From an uncultured Gammaproteobacteria bacterium (GTDB lineage Bacteria > Pseudomonadota > Gammaproteobacteria > UBA9214): a stretch of 64,000 nucleotides of DNA. Shown in pieces: positions 58,042 to 64,000 of this stretch. Under the pieces are notes generated by a model. The model was not told the DNA's origin and searched no databases. It was given only the letters and a program-made list of their open reading frames with translations. Numbering within the stretch: the stretch's first letter is position 1; the number at the start of each line of letters is the position of its first letter. The DNA lies in the NCBI GenBank assembly GCA_963748215.1, contig CAVVHS010000002.1, positions 160,001 through 224,000 on the forward strand, read 5' to 3'. The translations under genes and the position numbers were made by a program.

Positions 58042-60117
58042 TCAGGTCTGCAACAGGGAAATATCGGCCACCTGCAGGAACAGCTCCGACAGCGTATTCA
58101 GCAGGGCCAGGCGATTGTCACGCAGTGCCGGGTCATCGGTCATTACCATGACCTCGTCGAAGAACCTGTCGACCGGTGCCTGCAGGCCTGCAAGTTCGCA
58201 CAGGGCCCGGGTATAGTCGCGTGCCTCGAACAGCGGACCGACCACGGCGGCACGTTCATCGAGGGAGGCGGCCAGGGCCTGTTCGGCAGGTTCCTGCAGC
58301 AGTTCCTGACGGTAGTGGTGCGGTATGGCGGTCTCGGACTTGCGCAGGATATTGCGTATGCGCTTGTTGGCAGCGGCCAGACTGGCGGCTTCCGGAAGTC
58401 CCTGAAAGGTCCGTACTGCCTGGATGCGGGCGTCGAAGTCCAGGGGGCGCACCGGTTGCCGTGCCAGCACGGCGTCGAATACCAGGGTGTCGCAGCCGGT
58501 GTCCGTATACCAGTTGCGCAGGCGTTCCATCATGAACGCAAACAGGTCATTAACGACGGCGCCGGCATTGAGCGCGTCTGGAAAGTTGTCAGCTGCCCGT
58601 TCCAGCAGCGCGCGCAGATCGAGATCGAGCCGGCATTCGATGATGATACGCATCATTCCGAGTGCGGCGCGGCGCAGGCCGAACGGGTCCTTGTCGCCGC
58701 TTGGCGGCTGGCCGATGGCGAAGATCCCGACCAGTGTGTCGAGGCGTTCCGCGATGGCCAGTGTCTGGCCGATGGCCGAGGCCGGCAGCCCGTCGCCGGC
58801 ATGGCGCGGCTGGTACTGCTCGTCAAGCGCCGCTGCCACGGCCGCGTCCTCGCCATCGTTCAGCGCGTAGTAGCGCCCCATGGTGCCCTGCAGTTCCGGG
58901 AATTCGAAAACCATGCTGGTGACCAGGTCGCACTTGCACAGCGAGGCGGCGCGCTGCGCCTGGTCGACATCGAATTGCAGCTTGCCGGCGATGTATCCGG
59001 CCAGTACGGCAATGCGTCCCTGCTTGTCGCCCAGGGTGCCGAGCTGCTGCTGGAAGGTCACGCTGTCGAGCTGGCCGGTGCGGCTGGCCAGTGTCTGCCT
59101 GCGATCCTGCGTCCAGAAGAACGCGGCATCCTCCAGGCGCGGCCGGATGACACGCTCGTTGCCGGCCCTGACCTGCTCCGGTTCCTTGCTGGCGATATTG
59201 GCGACGGTGATGAAACAGGGCAGCAGGGCGTGGTCCGGGCCGGTGACCGGAAAGAACTTCTGGTGATCCTGCATGCTGGATACCAGGGCCTCGTCCGGGA
59301 CCGCGAGGAAGCGCGGGTCGAAGGCACCGCTGATGGCGACCGGCCATTCCACCAGGGCCGTCACCTCGTCCAGCAGGTCTGCGTCGATGCGGGTCACACC
59401 GTGCAGTGCCGCGCCGGCCTCCGTCACCTGCGTGAGAATGCTGTCGCGTCGCCGGTCCATGTCGGCCATGACCCTGCCGGTGTGCTCAAGTATGTCGAGG
59501 TAGTCGGCCGGCTGGCCAATCGCGATCGGCTCGTTGTGATGGAAACGATGTCCGCGCGTATACCGGTCGCTGGTTTGGCCGAGTATGTTTGCAGTCACCG
59601 GCTCGTTGCCCAGCATCAGTAATACCCAGTGCACCGGGCGGACGAATTCGAAGTCCGAATCTCCCCAGCGCATGCGCCGGGCCACCGGTATCGCGCGCAA
59701 TGCCTTGTCCACCAGTTCTCCCAGCAGTTCGGCGGTGGGCCGGCCGGTTTCGGTTGTGTTCCAGACCAGCCAGGCGCCCTTGTCGGTTTCCAGCTGCTCC
59801 AGCGCACTGACCTCGACACCACAGGAGCGCGCGAAGCCCTCGGCCGGTTTGGTCGGCTTGCCGTCGGCATCGAATGCGGCCTTCAGCGCCGGCCCGCGCC
59901 GGGTGATGGCGCGATCCGGTTGCTGGACGTGGACATCATTCACCAGTACGGCGAGCCGGCGTGGCGTGGCGAAGGCCTGGCTGGCGCCGTGCGGCAGGTG
60001 GTATTCATCGAGCAGGCTGACGACAGCGGCACGCAGCGCATCGCGCATGCTGCGCAGTGATTTCGGCGGCAGTTCCTCGGTACCGATCTCCAGCAGCAGG
60101 TCGCGGGACGCCGTCAT
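58042..60117 (-). CDS. glyS: Glycine-tRNA ligase beta subunit
   Basis: [34 protein letters not shown] and NRLALL motifs. Confidence 0.97.
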   Translation of the reverse strand: MTASRDLLLEIGTEELPPKSLRSMRDALRAAVVSLLDEYHLPHGASQAFATPRRLAVLVNDVHVQQPDRAITRRGPALKAAFDADGKPTKPAEGFARSCGVEVSALEQLETDKGAWLVWNTTETGRPTAELLGELVDKALRAIPVARRMRWGDSDFEFVRPVHWVLLMLGNEPVTANILGQTSDRYTRGHRFHHNEPIAIGQPADYLDILEHTGRVMADMDRRRDSILTQVTEAGAALHGVTRIDADLLDEVTALVEWPVAISGAFDPRFLAVPDEALVSSMQDHQKFFPVTGPDHALLPCFITVANIASKEPEQVRAGNERVIRPRLEDAAFFWTQDRRQTLASRTGQLDSVTFQQQLGTLGDKQGRIAVLAGYIAGKLQFDVDQAQRAASLCKCDLVTSMVFEFPELQGTMGRYYALNDGEDAAVAAALDEQYQPRHAGDGLPASAIGQTLAIAERLDTLVGIFAIGQPPSGDKDPFGLRRAALGMMRIIIECRLDLDLRALLERAADNFPDALNAGAVVNDLFAFMMERLRNWYTDTGCDTLVFDAVLARQPVRPLDFDARIQAVRTFQGLPEAASLAAANKRIRNILRKSETAIPHHYRQELLQEPAEQALAASLDERAAVVGPLFEARDYTRALCELAGLQAPVDRFFDEVMVMTDDPALRDNRLALLNTLSELFLQVADISLLQT

Positions 60118-61019
60118 GCCGTTGTCTCCGCGGCCATCGGGAAGCCGAGCGCTTCGCGGCGTGCGTAATAGGCCTCCGCCACCTGGCGCGACAGCGTGCG
60201 CACCCGCAGGATGAAGCGTTGTCGCTCGGTGACCGAGATGGCGCCGCGTGCGTCGAGCAGGTTGAAGGTGTGCGACGCCTTCAGTACCTGTTCGTAGGCC
60301 GGCAGCGGCAGGCCGGCCTCGATGAGCCGGTTGCTTTCGCGTTCACAGACATCGAACCACTGCAGCAGCGACTCGACGTCGGCCTGCTCGAAATTATAGG
60401 CCGACATCTCGACCTCGTTCTGGTGATAGACGTCGCGGTAGGTGATCGGGCCGTCCGGCCCCTGCGTCCATACCAGGTCGAACACACTTTCCACTTCCTG
60501 CAGGTACATCGCGATACGTTCCAGGCCGTAGGTGATCTCGCCTGTCACCGGCCGGCACTCCAGACCACCGACCTGCTGGAAGTAGGTGAACTGGGTGACC
60601 TCCATGCCGTTCAGCCAGACCTCCCAGCCCAGTCCCCAGGCACCCAGCGTGGGCGACTCCCAGTTGTCCTCGACGAAGCGCACGTCATGCACCAGGGTAT
60701 CGATGCCGAGTTCGCGCAGCGAGTCGAGGTACAGTTCCTGTATGTCCAGAGGCGATGGCTTCAGCACCACCTGGAACTGGTAGTAGTGCTGCAGGCGATT
60801 GGGGTTCTCGCCGTAGCGGCCGTCGGTCGGGCGCCGCGAGGGTTGGACATAGGCAGCACGCCATGTCTCCGGCCCGATCGCACGCAGGAACGTGGCGGGG
60901 TGAAATGTGCCGGCACCGACCTCCATGTCATACGGCTGCAGCAGGGCGCAGCCCTGGCGGCCCCAGTACTGCTGCAAAGACAGGATCAGGTCCTGGAATG
61001 TACTCGGTGTATCGGACAC
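60114..61019 (-). CDS. glyQ: Glycine-tRNA ligase alpha subunit
   Basis: [30 protein letters not shown] and EITYGLER motifs. Confidence 0.97.
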   Translation of the reverse strand: MSDTPSTFQDLILSLQQYWGRQGCALLQPYDMEVGAGTFHPATFLRAIGPETWRAAYVQPSRRPTDGRYGENPNRLQHYYQFQVVLKPSPLDIQELYLDSLRELGIDTLVHDVRFVEDNWESPTLGAWGLGWEVWLNGMEVTQFTYFQQVGGLECRPVTGEITYGLERIAMYLQEVESVFDLVWTQGPDGPITYRDVYHQNEVEMSAYNFEQADVESLLQWFDVCERESNRLIEAGLPLPAYEQVLKASHTFNLLDARGAISVTERQRFILRVRTLSRQVAEAYYARREALGFPMAAETTA

Positions 61020-61477
61020 GGTTCGATTCGCTGCGTTCAAGGCACGGCAGTATAGCCCGATGCGCCGGAATTTTTCACCAAGTCGTTCAGCCCGCCTGTT
61101 GCACGAGTCGGCCGGAGGCCGGCCTTTAACTGTTTGAGTCGTGTCTTGCCCGTAACCCGGCAAATTTCCAGGTGCCGTATATCACCGGCCCGCGGTCTGT
61201 GCGGCTGTGCGGGCCCTGGCCTGTCCACGAACGGCGGGACTTGCCCTATTCAGGAAAGTGAGACCGTGCCGCGGTCGTGAGGCGGGGCCGGGCCATAGCG
61301 GGAGCGGCCGGCGTCCCGGATAGCGGTGCACCCTGCGGCTGGTGGCCGGCAAAATTGCCGGTGTTGCCGTGACTTGATCGAGGCTTCTGTGCTATGAGGA
61401 AACTACAGGGGCCGATCGATCTAAAGCCAGGACGGTCGATGGTCGACCTGCTATATGTATAGCGGTGGAGAAGTCAT

Positions 61478-62044
61478 ATGGCGCAGCTGATTCTGGAGCC
61501 CACATCCGTTGCACAATGGCAGGCGCTGGTGCAGGAGGCGCAATCCGCGTGCGACCGTACTATCGACGAGACGCTGGAAAGCTATCTCGTGTTCCTGCTC
61601 ATGCGCTTCACCGACCGGCCGCATTGCACCGCGCGTGTCATGGCGCAGGATTTTCTCGAATCGCAGCACCTCTCCGGCACGCACCGTCTTGATCGCCTGC
61701 GCGAGGTCGGTGACCATTGCCTGCTGTTCTCGGGCCTGTTCCCGCAACTGGCCGAGCGTCGCCTGGTGCGCGTCAGCTACTTCGTGAACATCGGGCGCAA
61801 CTCCTACCAGCAGCTGTCCGCGGTGCTGGATCGCGGCGTGTCGAGTGTCTACGGGCACCTGTCCGATGCCTTCATAGTCCTGATGGACATACTGCAGGCA
61901 ATGCGTGAGCTGGGCGGCGATACGCTGCTGACGCCGATCCAGGCCATGGAACTCTGGCAGGAGACCGGCAGCCGCCGCTGCTACCGGCAGGTCTGCAGGG
62001 ACGGCCATGCCGTACCGGTTCCCGGCCAGCGCGATACCCACTGA
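61478..62044 (+). CDS. Conserved-looking hypothetical protein
   Basis: GGAG SD, host-like codon usage; ESYLVFLL, LREVGDHCLLFSGLFP and YFVNIGR segments. Confidence 0.8.
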   Translation: MAQLILEPTSVAQWQALVQEAQSACDRTIDETLESYLVFLLMRFTDRPHCTARVMAQDFLESQHLSGTHRLDRLREVGDHCLLFSGLFPQLAERRLVRVSYFVNIGRNSYQQLSAVLDRGVSSVYGHLSDAFIVLMDILQAMRELGGDTLLTPIQAMELWQETGSRRCYRQVCRDGHAVPVPGQRDTH

Positions 62045-62202
62045 ATCCCTGTCTTAATTACATATCCGCACCACGCATGGGTTAGAATGCCTGTTGCGTG
62101 ACAGATTGACGGCACGCGGCATTGAACGTGATATTGCCGGCCGGAATGCCGCACGCGCAGCGACTTGTCCCTGAAATATTTTATCCATCAGTGTTTGCAA
62201 TC

Positions 62203-63246
62203 ATGACTAATCCGCGTAAAGCCGTTGCGCTGATATCCGGCGGGCTCGACTCGATGCTGGCCGCGCGCGTCGTCATGGACCAGGGCGTGCACGTGGAGGG
62301 CATCAACTTCTTCACCGGTTTCTGTGTCGAGGGGCATACGCATGCCATCCGCAAGCAGAACCGCGAGCGCCCCAAGCGCAACAACGCGCTGTGGAGCGCC
62401 GAACAGCTCGGCATCAAGCTGCACATCATCGATATCATCGACGAGTACAAGGACGTCGTTATCAACCCGAAACACGGTTACGGCGCGAACCTCAATCCCT
62501 GCCTGGACTGCAAGATTTTCATGGTCAACAAGGCGCGTGAATGGATGGATGCGCACGGTTTTGACTTCATCATCACCGGCGAGGTCGTCGGGCAGCGTCC
62601 CATGTCGCAGCGCAAGAACACCATGCCGATGGTGGCGCGCAATTCCGGTGCGCAGGACCGGCTGCTGCGTCCCTTGTGCGCGAAAAACCTGCCACCTACG
62701 CTGCCCGAGCTTGAAGGCTGGCTCGACCGCGAGCGGTTGCACGGTTTCGGCGGTCGCTCGCGCAAGCCGCAGATCGCGCTCGCGGCACGCTATGGTATCG
62801 AGGATTTCGCGCAACCGGCCGGTGGCTGCTGTTTCCTCACCGACCGGCAGTATGCCGTCAAGCTGGAGGACCTCTGGAAAACGCGGGGCCGGCGTGATTA
62901 CGAACTCGATGACATCATGCTGCTCAAGGTCGGTCGTCACCTGCGGCCGCGCCCGCATTTCAAGATTATCGTCGGGCGCGAGGAAGGCGAGAACCACTTC
63001 CTGGAAGGCTATCGCAAGCGCTTCGTGCACATGTTTCCGGTCAGCCACGTTGGCCCGATGGTATTGCTCGATGGCGAGGTCGGCGCGGAGGATATCGAAC
63101 TTGCCGCACGCCTGACCGCGCGCTTCAGCAAGGGCCGCGATGCGGGGTGGGTCAGCGTCGAAGTGAATGACTTGACCGGGTCGACGCGTACCATCGACGT
63201 CGTACCCATGCCGACCGGCCAGATTCCGCAGGAGTGGTACCTGTGA
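62203..63246 (+). CDS. PP-loop tRNA thiouridylase-like (ThiI/MnmA-related) protein
   Basis: SGGLDS, NPCLDCK, TGEVVGQRPMSQ, LLRPL, PAGGCC and GRH motifs. Confidence 0.85.
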   Translation: MTNPRKAVALISGGLDSMLAARVVMDQGVHVEGINFFTGFCVEGHTHAIRKQNRERPKRNNALWSAEQLGIKLHIIDIIDEYKDVVINPKHGYGANLNPCLDCKIFMVNKAREWMDAHGFDFIITGEVVGQRPMSQRKNTMPMVARNSGAQDRLLRPLCAKNLPPTLPELEGWLDRERLHGFGGRSRKPQIALAARYGIEDFAQPAGGCCFLTDRQYAVKLEDLWKTRGRRDYELDDIMLLKVGRHLRPRPHFKIIVGREEGENHFLEGYRKRFVHMFPVSHVGPMVLLDGEVGAEDIELAARLTARFSKGRDAGWVSVEVNDLTGSTRTIDVVPMPTGQIPQEWYL

Positions 63247-63473
63247 GTGCGCGTGTCATCGATGCACGCAACCTGCTGTGTCCGCTGCCGGTGATAAGGA
63301 CCCAGGATGCTGTGGCGGAATGCATGCCGGGGGACGCGCTGCAGGTGCGCTGCACTGACCCCGGTGTTGTGCACGACATCCCGGCCTGGTGTCGTGTGCA
63401 TGGCCACACGGTGCACGGGATCACGCACGAGGATCGCGAAATCATCATCGATATCACCGTCGGGAAAGACTGA
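63243..63473 (+). CDS. TusA family sulfurtransferase
   Basis: IDARNLLCPLP (CPxP), TDPG and DIPAWC motifs; GTGA overlap with the upstream gene. Confidence 0.9.
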   Translation: MSARVIDARNLLCPLPVIRTQDAVAECMPGDALQVRCTDPGVVHDIPAWCRVHGHTVHGITHEDREIIIDITVGKD

Positions 63474-63482
63474 CCGGACATC

Positions 63483-64000
63483 ATGGGCCACACGCATCTG
63501 CCGGATCCGCGCCACGTGCGCTATAGCGAAATCCGCAAGGTCACGCTGATCGGATCGGTAGTCGACCTTGTGCTGGGCGTCGTCAAGATCGCGGTTGGTC
63601 TGTTCGCCAGCTCGCAGGCGCTGGTCGCCGATGGTGTGCATTCGCTGTCGGACCTGGCAACCGACTTCCTGGTTATTTTTGCGGCCAAGCATGCCCACCG
63701 CGAGGCCGACGAGGAGCATCCCTACGGTCACGGGCGCATCGAAACGGTTGCCACCGTAGTGCTCGGCAGCGTGCTCACAATCGTTGCAGTCGGCATCAGC
63801 ATCGATGCCTTGCGGCGCCTGGCGTCCGAGGAGGCCATGCTGGTGCATGGCATGTGGGCACTGGCTGTTGCGCTGCTCTCGGTTGCCTCGAAGGAATATA
63901 TCTACCACTACACGGTGCGTGTGGCGCGCCGCCTGCGTTCCAACATGCTGCATGCGAATGCCTGGCACAGCCGCAGCGATGCGATTTCGTCGATCATCGT
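63483..64000 (+). CDS. Cation diffusion facilitator (FieF-like), 3'-truncated by window
   Basis: Manual translation: SQALVADGVHSLSD, DEEHPYGHGRIE and NAWHSRSDA. Confidence 0.9.
   Translation, partial: MGHTHLPDPRHVRYSEIRKVTLIGSVVDLVLGVVKIAVGLFASSQALVADGVHSLSDLATDFLVIFAAKHAHREADEEHPYGHGRIETVATVVLGSVLTIVAVGISIDALRRLASEEAMLVHGMWALAVALLSVASKEYIYHYTVRVARRLRSNMLHANAWHSRSDAISSII

Noticed and set aside
61030-61470. Riboswitch or T-box upstream of glyQ
   Set aside because: GC-rich hairpins are present, but no recognisable conserved aptamer or T-box motif.

Overview
A high-GC gammaproteobacterial chromosome segment spanning the replication origin. It carries the rpmH-dnaA-(oriC)-dnaN-recF-gyrB core, rnpA-yidD-yidC-mnmE, mnmG-rsmG-parAB, the full atp operon, glmUS, uvrD, polA-engB-cytochrome c4-dsbA, glyQS and a TRAP transporter. 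DsrE2-like, TusA-like and Gly/Tyr/Pro-rich sulfur-globule-like genes suggest a sulfur oxidiser (inference). A small accessory patch (about 17.2-24.3 kb) holds an IS3 element, IS scars and AT-rich orphan genes. The best candidate for something undescribed is non-coding: a ~113-nt three-hairpin sRNA downstream of polA with a near-consensus sigmaE promoter and exposed anti-Shine-Dalgarno-like C-rich loops, next to a duplicated mosaic of REP, 7-mer and 9-mer repeats. Other notable points are a PagL-like and a GmhB-like protein with substituted catalytic motifs, and parS sites inside recF, one abutting the predicted gyrB promoter. Four +1 frameshifts, one of them in atpD, probably reflect sequencing or assembly errors. 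All calls come from reading the sequence; no database searches were run.
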